Assembly (NCBI GenBank): GCA_963662315.1
Contig: OY759353.1
Coordinates: 576,001 to 640,000 of the forward strand
DNA from: Geopsychrobacteraceae bacterium
Lineage (GTDB): Bacteria; Desulfobacterota; Desulfuromonadia; Desulfuromonadales; Geopsychrobacteraceae
Length of the DNA: 64,000 nucleotides
Direction: 5' to 3'
Position numbers and translations under genes: made by a program. A model generated the notes under the pieces. The model was not told the origin of the DNA and made no database searches. It was given only the letters and a program-made list of their open reading frames with translations. Positions within the stretch are counted from its first letter, which is position 1; each line of letters starts with the position of its first letter. Positions 49,460 to 58,629 of this stretch are shown one piece after another.

Positions 49460-50650
49460 TTACTTATCTGAGAGGGCGACTACGCCGGGCAGTTCTTTGC
49501 CTTCCAGAAACTCCAGGGATGCCCCACCGCCGGTACTGATGTGGGTCATTTTGTCCTGCAAGTTGGATTTGTTGACGGCTGCTACTGAGTCGCCGCCACC
49601 AATAATTGACAGGCAATCCGACTCAGCCAGGGCTTCAGCAATGGCAAAAGTACCTTTTGCAAAAGCATCGAATTCAAAAACCCCCATGGGACCATTCCAG
49701 ACGACAGTTTTTGCCGTTTTGGCCTTGGCTGCATACAGTTCTATAGTTGCCGGTCCAATATCCAGTCCCATGCCGGTAGCAGGGAAGGCATTACTGCTGG
49801 CAACACTAAAAGGACTGTCTGCCGCAAATTTTTCAGCGACCAGGTGGTCGGTAGGGAGTAAAAATTCAACATTTTTGCTTTGTGCTTTGGTTAACAGTTC
49901 TGCAGCAAGGCCGAGGCGGTCTTCCTCAACAAGGGATTGGCCGATTTCGAGACCTTGTGCTTTCAGGAAAGTATAGGCCATACCACCGCCGATCATTATG
50001 GTATCTACTTTTTCAAGCAGGTTCTCAATGACAGTAATCTTGTCGCTGACTTTAGCGCCGCCGATAATGGCGACGAATGGTCGCTGGGGATCAGCAAGGG
50101 CACTGCCCAGATATTTGAGTTCTTTTTCCATGAGATAGCCGGCAACGGCTGGTGAAAGCAAACGGGCTACCCCTTCAGTAGAGGCATGGGCACGGTGGGC
50201 AGTGCCGAAAGCGTCATTGACGTAAATGTCACCCAGGTTGGCAAGTTGCTGCGCAAATACTGGGTCATTTTTAGTTTCGCCAGCATGAAAACGGACATTT
50301 TCCAGTAACATGACTGAACCGTTGGTCATCTGTTGGCTTAGCAACTCAATGTTCGGGCCAATACAGTCAGGAGCCATGATAACCTGCTGGTTGATCAGGC
50401 CACTTAGATATGTTGCTACGGGACAGAGGCTGTAAGCTGGATCGGGAGACCCTTTGGGGCGGCCCAAGTGGGAAGCCAGGATAACTTTGGCGCCATTGTC
50501 TACCAGATAGTTAATGGTGGGCAGGGCAGCGCGGATGCGGGTGTCATCGGTAATTTTACCTGTAGCGTCTATGGGTACGTTAAAGTCTACTCGGCAAAAA
50601 ACGCGTTTTCCGGTTACCTGAATATCTTCAATAGTTTGTTTCTGGAACAT
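49460..50650 (-). CDS. pgk: Phosphoglycerate kinase
   Basis: [41 protein letters not shown] 50650 after AAGGAG. Confidence 0.98.
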   Translation of the reverse strand: MFQKQTIEDIQVTGKRVFCRVDFNVPIDATGKITDDTRIRAALPTINYLVDNGAKVILASHLGRPKGSPDPAYSLCPVATYLSGLINQQVIMAPDCIGPNIELLSQQMTNGSVMLLENVRFHAGETKNDPVFAQQLANLGDIYVNDAFGTAHRAHASTEGVARLLSPAVAGYLMEKELKYLGSALADPQRPFVAIIGGAKVSDKITVIENLLEKVDTIMIGGGMAYTFLKAQGLEIGQSLVEEDRLGLAAELLTKAQSKNVEFLLPTDHLVAEKFAADSPFSVASSNAFPATGMGLDIGPATIELYAAKAKTAKTVVWNGPMGVFEFDAFAKGTFAIAEALAESDCLSIIGGGDSVAAVNKSNLQDKMTHISTGGGASLEFLEGKELPGVVALSDK

Positions 50651-50859
50651 GGAAACTCCTTTATCTTTGATTGTTGGTGTGAATATTAACAAAAAGTAGA
50701 AGTGGTAGAAAGTGTTGAGTGCGCATAAAATCAAGATCAATACTGGCAGGTCCAGCCCCACCTGCCGGTTTCATTGCTTCCAACGCTGAAAAAACGGACC
50801 CAAATAATCTATCAAAAACAATTTCTCTGCAGATGCTTAGTCGAACCTATTCTTTTCTG

Positions 50860-50919
50860 TTACATGAGTCGCCTGAACAAGCCGCCTACACTTGAGGCAT
50901 AGGGTGGTCTCCTTTCCAT
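50860..50919 (-). other. Candidate leader uORF (MERRPPYASSVGGLFRRLM) in a structured 5' region of pgk
   Basis: 19-codon ORF. Nested out-of-frame MPQV* (50886-50900) follows AAGGAG with an 8 nt spacer; several hairpins. Confidence 0.35.
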
Positions 50920-51143
50920 GGCGTAAACCGCGCCCCCGGTCTTGATTGTTAATTCAAAAGAAAAATTCTATATCAAAATTTAATTGTGGCAAGTTATTCT
51001 CATATTCGAGATTCCTGGAAAATATATGTTTCTAAAACACTTTTTCGATGCAAATTCCTTAAATGACGGCAGTTTTATTCTTGCAGCAAAGTCATAATTT
51101 AGGTATAAGGGCAACGCTTTCAGAAGACGAAAGGGCGTTTATT

Positions 51144-51920
51144 TTGCGGGTATGTTTGCTGGCCAGTGGTAGCCGTGGCAATTGTGCATTGATTGAGGCG
51201 GATGAATGTCGGCTGTTGGTTGATGCTGGGTTGTCCGGTAAAGAGACGGAACGCAGACTGGCAACGGTTGGATTAAGTTGTGACGACCTGCATGCTATTC
51301 TTGTGACACACGAACATCATGATCATGTCGGCGGTATCGGTCCGCTTGCTCGTCGTCATAATCTTCCGGTTTATATTGATCGCCAAACCTATGCTGCAAT
51401 CCCGAAACTTGGTAGTATTGAGAAATTGCATCATTTTTTACCTGGAGAGTCTTTCGACCTGAGAGGAATGACCATTTCTTCATTTTCAACGACTCATGAT
51501 GCAATAAACCCAGTAGGATTTTCTTTTACGTCTTCCGAAGGGAAGATCGGTTTTGCGACCGATCTGGGTATGCCCACCAGGTTGGCGGCTCAGGCGCTTA
51601 AGGATTGTCGTGTACTGGTTCTTGAAGCAAATCACGATGAGCAGATGCTCCAGGATGGGCCTTATCCCTGGCATTTGAAACACCGAATTCGCAGTCGCCA
51701 TGGTCATTTGTCCAATGGCGAGGCAAAGCAACTGTTAAGTGATATTTCCTGGCCGGGTCTGGAGGCTTTATTCCTTGCTCATTTGAGTGAAGAAAATAAC
51801 TGTCCGGATCTGGCTAAACGTTTTTTTACTGAAACATTATTCTCATTTGGGCTTTCGCCGCAAATCATCATGGGCTGTCAGGATCAGGTCAGCGCCTGTT
51901 TTTTTGCCGAAGGAGCTTAA
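51144..51920 (+). CDS. MBL-fold metallo-hydrolase (YycJ/WalJ-like)
   Basis: LASGSRGN, THEHHDH, EANHD, GHLSN, AHLSEENN. TTG 51144 is the likely start. Confidence 0.9.
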   Translation: MRVCLLASGSRGNCALIEADECRLLVDAGLSGKETERRLATVGLSCDDLHAILVTHEHHDHVGGIGPLARRHNLPVYIDRQTYAAIPKLGSIEKLHHFLPGESFDLRGMTISSFSTTHDAINPVGFSFTSSEGKIGFATDLGMPTRLAAQALKDCRVLVLEANHDEQMLQDGPYPWHLKHRIRSRHGHLSNGEAKQLLSDISWPGLEALFLAHLSEENNCPDLAKRFFTETLFSFGLSPQIIMGCQDQVSACFFAEGA

Positions 51921-51956
51921 GTCCACACTGTAAATCGTTACACGATGGAGCGTTAC

Positions 51957-54938
51957 ATGGCTTTTAGAATCGTTGTCGGCCTAAAGGATGGTGTCAAGGA
52001 TGCCAGAGGTGAGCGGGTCAAACGTGAGATTCAGGAACATCTCGGGCTGCGGTTAAGTCTTGTCAGAACCCTTGATGTCTATACTGTTGATACCGAACTG
52101 AGTGAAGAGGAACTGATAAAAGTTGCCGGTGGGCCTTTTTCTGATCCGGTCATTCAGGAATATGCCATCAACAAACCCCTGGCAAGCAATTTCGATATAT
52201 TGATCGAAGTTGGCTTTCGTCCTGGAGTTACCGACAACACAGGGAGAACCGCCAAAGAGGCGATTCAATATATTACCGGGCGTAAATTTAAAGCCGGTGA
52301 GGGGGTTTATACCTCAACCCAGTATCTGCTCAGTGGTCTGACCGATAAGGCGCTGGCTGAAAAGGTGGCCCGTGATTTTCTTGCTAACGGCTTGATCCAG
52401 CGTTGGACGATCTTGGGTGTTGCTGAACTTGATCCGCAAACCGGTGTGCCTGTTACGGTGCCGAAGGTCGTTAGTGATACAGAGCCCAGCGTTACGCACA
52501 TTGACATGGCTATCAGTGATGATGATTTGCTGGCTATCAGCCGTGAAGGGATGCTGGCTCTTTCGCTTGAAGAAATGAAGGTCATTCAGAAGCATGTCGC
52601 TGATCCTGCCGTCATTGCTGAGCGAGAGAAAGTCGGGCTGGGCAGCAGCCTGACTGATGTTGAACTTGAGGCATTGGCTCAGACCTGGAGTGAACACTGT
52701 AAGCACAAGATTTTTTCGGCCAAGGTTAATTACGAGGACGAGCAGGGCAACCGTCAGGAAATCAACTCGTTGTTCAAAACCTACATTGTCGGTGCCACCA
52801 AAAAGGTGCGGGAAAATCTGGCCGAAAAGGATTTTTGCCTCTCGGTGTTTAAGGACAATGCCGGTGTTATCGAATTCAATAAAGACTGGAGTGTTGTCTT
52901 CAAGGTTGAGACTCACAACTCCCCCAGCGCTCTGGATCCTTACGGCGGCGCGCTGACTGGTATTGTTGGCGTCAATCGCGATGGTATGGGAACCGGTATG
53001 GGCGCGCGCCTGATTTTCAATACAGATGTGTTCTGCTTTGCTTCACCCTTCCTGAAAAAGGAATTGCCACCACGCCTGTTACATCCTCGGCGTATTTATG
53101 AAGGGGTTGTTGAAGGTGTTGAGCATGGTGGCAACAAGAGTGGAATCCCGACGGTTAACGGCTCGATTCAGTTTGACGACCGTTTTGCCGGTAAGCCTCT
53201 GGTATATTGCGGTACCGCTTCTTTTATGCCGCGGTTGCTCAATGGGAAACCCTGCCACGAAAAGAAAGTTCAGGTCGGTGATCATATTGTCATGACCGGT
53301 GGGCGTATCGGTAAAGACGGTATCCATGGAGCAACATTTTCCTCTGAAGAGTTACATGAAGGGTCGCCGGTGACGGCCGTTCAGATTGGGGATCCGATTA
53401 CTCAGCGTAAAATGTTCGATTTTCTGATTATTGCTCGAGATCGGGGCCTGTTTAATTCCATTACCGATAACGGCGCTGGAGGGTTGTCTTCCTCTGTTGG
53501 AGAAATGGGTGAGGATACCGGTGGTTTTGAGTTGCATCTTGACCGTGCCCCACTTAAATATCCTGGTTTACGCCCTTGGGAAATCCTGATTTCCGAAGCT
53601 CAGGAACGTATGACTCTTGCCGTGCCGCCGGAAAAGCTTGAGGAATTCTGCAAGCTGGCCGATGAGATGGATGTAGAAGCCACCGATCTGGGGATCTTCA
53701 CTGACTCCGGTTATTTCCACTGCCTCTATGAGGGGAAAACCGTATCTTACCTGAGCATGGAGTTTCTGCATGAGGGCTTGCCGCAGATGGTTCTGCCTGC
53801 CAAGTGGCAGCCCAAAGGCATTGAAGAGCCGGTTCTGATGCAACCACAGGATCTGGCAGTTGAAATTCGCAAGATGCTATCCCGCCTCAACATCTGCTCC
53901 AAGGAGTCGGTAGTCAGACGTTACGATCATGAGGTCCAGGCTGGCACGGTTATTAAGCCACTGGTCGGGGTTGCCAATGACGGTCCTTCTGATGCCGCTG
54001 TTTTCAGGCCGTTGCTCGATTCGTTTGAGGGAGTTGTTACGGCTCATGGTATCTGTCCGAGTTACAGTGATATTGACACCTACCATATGATGGCTTGTGC
54101 CATTGATGAAGGTTTGCGCAACTATGTTGCTGTCGGTGGCAATATTGACCATGTTGCCGGGTTGGATAACTTTTGCTGGTGCGATCCGGTTGAGAGCCCT
54201 AAAACTCCTGATGGCGCCTACAAGGCTGCTCAGTTGGTGCGTGCCAATCAGGCGCTGTACGATTACTGTGTTGCCTTCGGCGTGCCCTTGATTTCCGGTA
54301 AGGATTCGATGAAAAACGACTACCAGATCGGTGAGAGCAAGATTTCGATTCCACCGACGGTACTCTTTTCTGTGATCGGTAAAATTGACGATGTCCGTCA
54401 ATCGGTATCAATGGACGTCAAGCGTCCAGGAGACCTGGTTTACTTGCTTGGTACCACACGCGATGAGCTTGGCGGCTCGGAATACTACGCGGAATATGGT
54501 GCCCTGGGTTGCAATGTCCCCAAGGTTAATGCGGTCGAAGCGTTGCAACGTTACCGGACCCTGAACCAGGCTCAAAGGCAGGCGCTGATTGCGTCCTGTC
54601 ATGATCTTTCCGACGGTGGTCTTGGGGTGGCTCTTGCTGAGTCGGCCTTCGCTGGTGGTTTTGGCCTGGATATTGACCTGGCCAAAGTCGATGTGGACGG
54701 TGTTCGTCGTGAAGACAGCATCCTCTTTTCTGAATCACAAAGTCGTCTGTTGGTTACGGTTCGGACTGAAAATCAGGCTGCTTTTGAACAGCTGTTTGCC
54801 GGTCAAAGCTGTTGTGCGATTGGCACGGTCAGCGCTGATACCCAACTTAAGATTACCGGGCTGCAGGGAACGGTTCTGGTGAATGAGTCCCTTGAAGCTC
54901 TGAAAGAGGCGTGGCAAGCGCCGTTGCGGGAGATGTAA
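51957..54938 (+). CDS. purL: Phosphoribosylformylglycinamidine synthase PurL with N-terminal PurS-like extension
   Basis: WSEHCKHK, KVETHNSPS, DNGAGGL, SEAQERM, ISGKDS, HDLSDGG. Confidence 0.95.
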   Translation: MAFRIVVGLKDGVKDARGERVKREIQEHLGLRLSLVRTLDVYTVDTELSEEELIKVAGGPFSDPVIQEYAINKPLASNFDILIEVGFRPGVTDNTGRTAKEAIQYITGRKFKAGEGVYTSTQYLLSGLTDKALAEKVARDFLANGLIQRWTILGVAELDPQTGVPVTVPKVVSDTEPSVTHIDMAISDDDLLAISREGMLALSLEEMKVIQKHVADPAVIAEREKVGLGSSLTDVELEALAQTWSEHCKHKIFSAKVNYEDEQGNRQEINSLFKTYIVGATKKVRENLAEKDFCLSVFKDNAGVIEFNKDWSVVFKVETHNSPSALDPYGGALTGIVGVNRDGMGTGMGARLIFNTDVFCFASPFLKKELPPRLLHPRRIYEGVVEGVEHGGNKSGIPTVNGSIQFDDRFAGKPLVYCGTASFMPRLLNGKPCHEKKVQVGDHIVMTGGRIGKDGIHGATFSSEELHEGSPVTAVQIGDPITQRKMFDFLIIARDRGLFNSITDNGAGGLSSSVGEMGEDTGGFELHLDRAPLKYPGLRPWEILISEAQERMTLAVPPEKLEEFCKLADEMDVEATDLGIFTDSGYFHCLYEGKTVSYLSMEFLHEGLPQMVLPAKWQPKGIEEPVLMQPQDLAVEIRKMLSRLNICSKESVVRRYDHEVQAGTVIKPLVGVANDGPSDAAVFRPLLDSFEGVVTAHGICPSYSDIDTYHMMACAIDEGLRNYVAVGGNIDHVAGLDNFCWCDPVESPKTPDGAYKAAQLVRANQALYDYCVAFGVPLISGKDSMKNDYQIGESKISIPPTVLFSVIGKIDDVRQSVSMDVKRPGDLVYLLGTTRDELGGSEYYAEYGALGCNVPKVNAVEALQRYRTLNQAQRQALIASCHDLSDGGLGVALAESAFAGGFGLDIDLAKVDVDGVRREDSILFSESQSRLLVTVRTENQAAFEQLFAGQSCCAIGTVSADTQLKITGLQGTVLVNESLEALKEAWQAPLREM

Positions 54939-54940
54939 GC

Positions 54941-55759
54941 ATGGCAAAAAAAGTCAAAGCAATCGTTATTGCCGGGTATGGCACCAACTGTGAGCGTGAG
55001 GTTGCTCATGCCTGTCGTCTCGCTGGAGCGGATGCCGATATCGTCCATATCGCCGAATTGCTGGCCGGACGTGTTCAACTGGATAATTACCATTTTCTGA
55101 ATCTGGCCGGTGGGTTTCTCGATGGTGATGACTTGGGCAGTGCCAAAGCCGGGGCCAATCGCCTGTTGAATGCTGCTGTTGCCGGTTCTGAGGAGACCCT
55201 GGCTCTGCACCTGCAACGTTTTATTGCAGATGGTAAGCTGGTTATGGGGGTCTGTAACGGGTTCCAGTTGCTTGTCAAGATGGGGCTATTGCCATCCCTT
55301 GACGGGACTTTCAATCAAAATTGTACCCTGACGTACAATGATGGCGGTCGTTTTGAAGATCGTTGGTGTTGGTTGACCGCTGACAAGGACTCGCCATGCA
55401 TTTATACCAAGGGCATTGAATCTATCTACCTGCCGGTACGTCATGGGGAAGGGAAATTTGTCACCATTGATGATGCAACGTTACAGGAACTTGAAAAACG
55501 TCATTTGACGGTTCTGAAATACGCAGATAGTGCCCTTAGTCCAACCATGGTCTATCCTGCCAATCCGAATGGCAGTGTTCATTCTATTGCCGGTATCTGT
55601 GATCCGAGCGGCCGGTTATTCGGCCTGATGCCGCACCCCGAAGCCTATATTCATCGAACCCACCATCCACGCTGGACACGCGAAGAATTACCCGAAGAGG
55701 GGATGGGGCTGTGGCTGTATCAAAATGCTGTCCAATTTATCGAGAAAGAACTGCTGTAA
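54941..55759 (+). CDS. purQ: FGAM synthase glutaminase subunit PurQ
   Basis: GTNCE, GVCNGFQ, HGEGK, MPHPE. Confidence 0.95.
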   Translation: MAKKVKAIVIAGYGTNCEREVAHACRLAGADADIVHIAELLAGRVQLDNYHFLNLAGGFLDGDDLGSAKAGANRLLNAAVAGSEETLALHLQRFIADGKLVMGVCNGFQLLVKMGLLPSLDGTFNQNCTLTYNDGGRFEDRWCWLTADKDSPCIYTKGIESIYLPVRHGEGKFVTIDDATLQELEKRHLTVLKYADSALSPTMVYPANPNGSVHSIAGICDPSGRLFGLMPHPEAYIHRTHHPRWTREELPEEGMGLWLYQNAVQFIEKELL

Positions 55760-55785
55760 AACGCAGAGAAGGAGCCGTAAGGCCT

Positions 55786-57195
55786 ATGTTTGACAAGTTA
55801 CATGAAGAATGTGGTGTGTTTGGTATTTTTGGTCACCCAGAATCGGCAAATCTGACTTATCTGGGGCTATATGCTCTACAGCATCGCGGTCAGGAAAGTT
55901 GTGGCATTGTTGCTTCCGATGGTACGCATCTTAAGGCTCATCGTGGCATGGGACTTGTTTCCGATGTGTTCAAGCAGGATGACATTTTCGCCAAGTTGCC
56001 AGGCGACTCAGCTATTGGACATGTGCGCTATTCAACTGCAGGTGGCAATGATTTCAAAAACTGCCAGCCGATTATGGTCGACTATTCCCGTGGCAGCATT
56101 GCCGTAGCTCATAACGGTAACCTTGTCAATGCTCAGGAGATCCGCAACGCTCTTGAACAGTCAGGTTCGATCTTTTCCACCACGGCCGATACCGAAACCA
56201 TCGTTCACCTGATCGCCAGGACCCAATCGGACTCACTCATTGAACGGGTGTGTACCTCTCTGAATCAGGTCAAAGGCGCTTACAGTGTTGTTTTTCTGAC
56301 TGAAACACGCATGATAGCCGTGCGTGATCCGAATGGCTTTCGCCCCCTAAGCCTTGGTAAACTCGATGGCGCCTATGTTGTAGCTTCCGAATCATGTGCC
56401 TTTGATCTTATTGAAGCCGAGTATATCCGTGAAGTAGAACCGGGAGAAATGATTGTTATCGATAAGAAGGGGATGAAATCCATATTTCCTTTTAATCAGG
56501 ACGCGTGCCATACCCCATGTGTTTTTGAATACATCTATTTTGCCCGTCCCGATAGCCGTATTTTTGACCGTATGGTGTATCCGGTGCGTAAAGAATTTGG
56601 TCGTCAGTTGGCGCGCCAGTTCCCGGTTGACGCTGATCTGGTCATGGCCGTACCCGACTCCGGGATGCCTGCCGCCATGGGCTATGCCGAAGAGGCCGGC
56701 CTGCCGTTTGAGTTGGGCTTGATCCGCAACCATTATGTTGGGCGTACCTTTATCGAACCTCAGCAATCGATTCGGCATTTTGGTGTCAAGCTGAAGCTGA
56801 ATCCTGTAAGAGAGATCATTGAAGGAAAGCGGGTGGTCGTTGTTGATGACTCCATCGTACGTGGAACCACGTCACGCAAAATTGTCAAGATGATCCGTAA
56901 TGCCGGGGCCAAAGAAGTCCACGTACGTATTTCCAGTCCGCCAACCAGTTTCCCATGTTTTTACGGGATTGATACGCCCTCACGGAAAGAACTGATTTCA
57001 GCTTCGCATACCATTGATGAAATTGCTCGATATATTACCGCTGATAGCTTGAGTTACCTGACTCTTGACGGTCTACATGCTGCTTTGGAGAATACCGGTG
57101 GTAAGGTGTCTGGTTTCTGTGAAGCCTGTTTCAGTGGCAACTATCCGGTTAAGTTTCCTCGTTTGACCGAAGACAATCAGTTAGGACTATTCTGA
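55786..57195 (+). CDS. purF: Amidophosphoribosyltransferase
   Basis: EECGVFG, QHRGQE, HNGNLVN, VDDSIVRGTT; Fe-S cysteines. Confidence 0.97.
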   Translation: MFDKLHEECGVFGIFGHPESANLTYLGLYALQHRGQESCGIVASDGTHLKAHRGMGLVSDVFKQDDIFAKLPGDSAIGHVRYSTAGGNDFKNCQPIMVDYSRGSIAVAHNGNLVNAQEIRNALEQSGSIFSTTADTETIVHLIARTQSDSLIERVCTSLNQVKGAYSVVFLTETRMIAVRDPNGFRPLSLGKLDGAYVVASESCAFDLIEAEYIREVEPGEMIVIDKKGMKSIFPFNQDACHTPCVFEYIYFARPDSRIFDRMVYPVRKEFGRQLARQFPVDADLVMAVPDSGMPAAMGYAEEAGLPFELGLIRNHYVGRTFIEPQQSIRHFGVKLKLNPVREIIEGKRVVVVDDSIVRGTTSRKIVKMIRNAGAKEVHVRISSPPTSFPCFYGIDTPSRKELISASHTIDEIARYITADSLSYLTLDGLHAALENTGGKVSGFCEACFSGNYPVKFPRLTEDNQLGLF

Positions 57196-57247
57196 TAAAT
57201 CAAACATTTAAATTGAAACTTTTTAAATAGATTCAAGGAGAATTGGT

Positions 57248-57799
57248 ATGAGTGTAAAGGATGAATTGAAAGAAATTATTCGCGCAATGTCCTATGAAGA
57301 GCGCGAGGTAACTCTGGCTTCTGGACGTAAGAGTAACTTCTACTTTGATGGTAAGCAAACCACTTTGCATGCCCGCGGAGGTCTGTTGACCGGTCAGGCT
57401 TTCTGGAACGAGATTAAGAAAATCGACGATCAGATCATCGGTGTTGGCGGCTTGACCATGGGCGCTGACCCGATTGCTACCGCAACTTCAATTGCAGCGC
57501 AGCTGGAAGGTTTTCATGTCCATGCGTTCCTGATCCGTAAAGAACCTAAAGGTTACGGTACTGGTCAATGGCTCGAAGGGCGTAAGAACCTGCCAGCAGG
57601 GTCCCGGGTTGTTATCGTTGAGGATGTTACCACCACTGGAGGATCATCCATGAAAGCCGTTGAGCGTGCTCAGGAAGAAGGTCTGGTGGTTGCCGGGATT
57701 GTCACTCTGGTTGATCGTGAGGAAGGGGCACGTGAGGCGATTGAGGGTGCCGGTCAGATTTTGCGCGCCGTATTTACCAAGAGTGAAATTGTTGGTTAA
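57248..57799 (+). CDS. pyrE: Orotate phosphoribosyltransferase
   Basis: LASGRKSNFYFD, RKEPKGYG, VEDVTTTGGS. Confidence 0.95.
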   Translation: MSVKDELKEIIRAMSYEEREVTLASGRKSNFYFDGKQTTLHARGGLLTGQAFWNEIKKIDDQIIGVGGLTMGADPIATATSIAAQLEGFHVHAFLIRKEPKGYGTGQWLEGRKNLPAGSRVVIVEDVTTTGGSSMKAVERAQEEGLVVAGIVTLVDREEGAREAIEGAGQILRAVFTKSEIVG

Positions 57800-57824
57800 T
57801 ACAATTGTAAATCTGCATGAGATG

Positions 57825-57858
57825 AAAAAAAGCCCGGCACATAGTGTCGGGTTTTTTT
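57825..57858. terminator. Bidirectional intrinsic terminator
   Basis: A7-GCCCGGCAC-ata-GTGTCGGG-T7. Confidence 0.8.
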
Positions 57859-57896
57859 AATTCTTTTAGCACATTTCAAAATCAAAACTAAAGTCA

Positions 57897-57965
57897 CGGG
57901 GGTTCGTCCCCGCCCGGCGAGTTACCTTTTATCCAGAGCAATAAAAGGTAACCGAAAACTGCTCT
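57897..57965 (+). repeat. Structured palindromic element (UUCG hairpin + 12 bp stem with pseudoknot potential)
   Basis: CGGGGG-TTCG-TCCCCG; GTTACCTTTTAT/ATAAAAGGTAAC; loop AGAGCA is complementary to downstream TGCTCT. Confidence 0.5.
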
Positions 57966-58086
57966 TTTAAAAAACACTCTGGTGCTAGCGTCGTTAGTTC
58001 AGATTACCTCCAGCGATCTACAGGCCGGCCTGACGGCTCAAACCCGCCTGAAGGCCAGAATCGCAAATGGCTGCACCATTAATTAT

Positions 58087-58296
58087 TCATTCCTCTTTAG
58101 GAATCTTGTAAACATCCAGCACCCCGCCCATGCCCAACAGTACTTCTCGCTCTACCGCATCTGTCCCGCCAACAACACCAATAATAATCCGGTCGGCGCC
58201 GGTTGATTGGTGAAAGTCACAATCCTGATCTACCAAGTACTGTTTAACTTCCTGTAATTGGCCATCATCAGCAGACTTCTTCATAATAACCAACAT
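58087..58296 (-). CDS. Stand-alone ferredoxin/ACT-like domain resembling the N-terminal regulatory domain of type I-beta DAHP synthase
   Basis: MLVIMKKSA...HQSTGADRIIIGVVG...GVLDVYKI; preceded by GGAGG; abuts the chorismate mutase stop. Confidence 0.7.
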   Translation of the reverse strand: MLVIMKKSADDGQLQEVKQYLVDQDCDFHQSTGADRIIIGVVGGTDAVEREVLLGMGGVLDVYKIPKEE

Positions 58297-58572
58297 TTAC
58301 CGGCCTCCTTTGCTGTGGGAGTGCTCAAGGCTCCGGCTTTCATCTATAACTCGCTCAAACAGTCTGACGACAGCAGCGTTATCCAGTGGTCCCGGGTTTA
58401 ATTGCTGCATGCGCTCAAAGATTAATTTTTCACGGCTTGGGTCATAAACCGGCAGGTTTTGTTGTTTTTTTAGCTCACCAATTTCTAGAGCCAGGGCTGC
58501 CCGTTGGTTAAATATTCGCAGCAGTTCATCGTCCAGTTGATTGATCTTTTTGCGAACGTTGTCAATATCCAC
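58297..58572 (-). CDS. Chorismate mutase (AroQ type)
   Basis: RKKINQLD..RAALALEIG..K...YDPSRE; GTG 58572 after AAGGAG. Confidence 0.9.
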   Translation of the reverse strand: MDIDNVRKKINQLDDELLRIFNQRAALALEIGELKKQQNLPVYDPSREKLIFERMQQLNPGPLDNAAVVRLFERVIDESRSLEHSHSKGGR

Positions 58573-58629
58573 CTGATTCTCCTTAAGCTCAGTTTCCGTT
58601 GACGATAATTCCAAGTGTGCCGCAGGTAA

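Noticed and set aside
50740..50940. tmRNA, 6S RNA or c-di-GMP-II riboswitch upstream of pgk
   Set aside because: Only short resemblances (GGGGGCG, GACTAAGCAT, GGAAGCAATGA). There is no tRNA-like CCA end, long 6S rod or GGGCAC/GTGC pseudoknot. Kept only as an unassigned leader.
49497..56778. Many 60-200 aa antisense or alternate-frame ORFs over pgk, purL and purF (and similar ones elsewhere)
   Set aside because: They are shadow ORFs overlapping well-supported genes, with no recognisable motifs.
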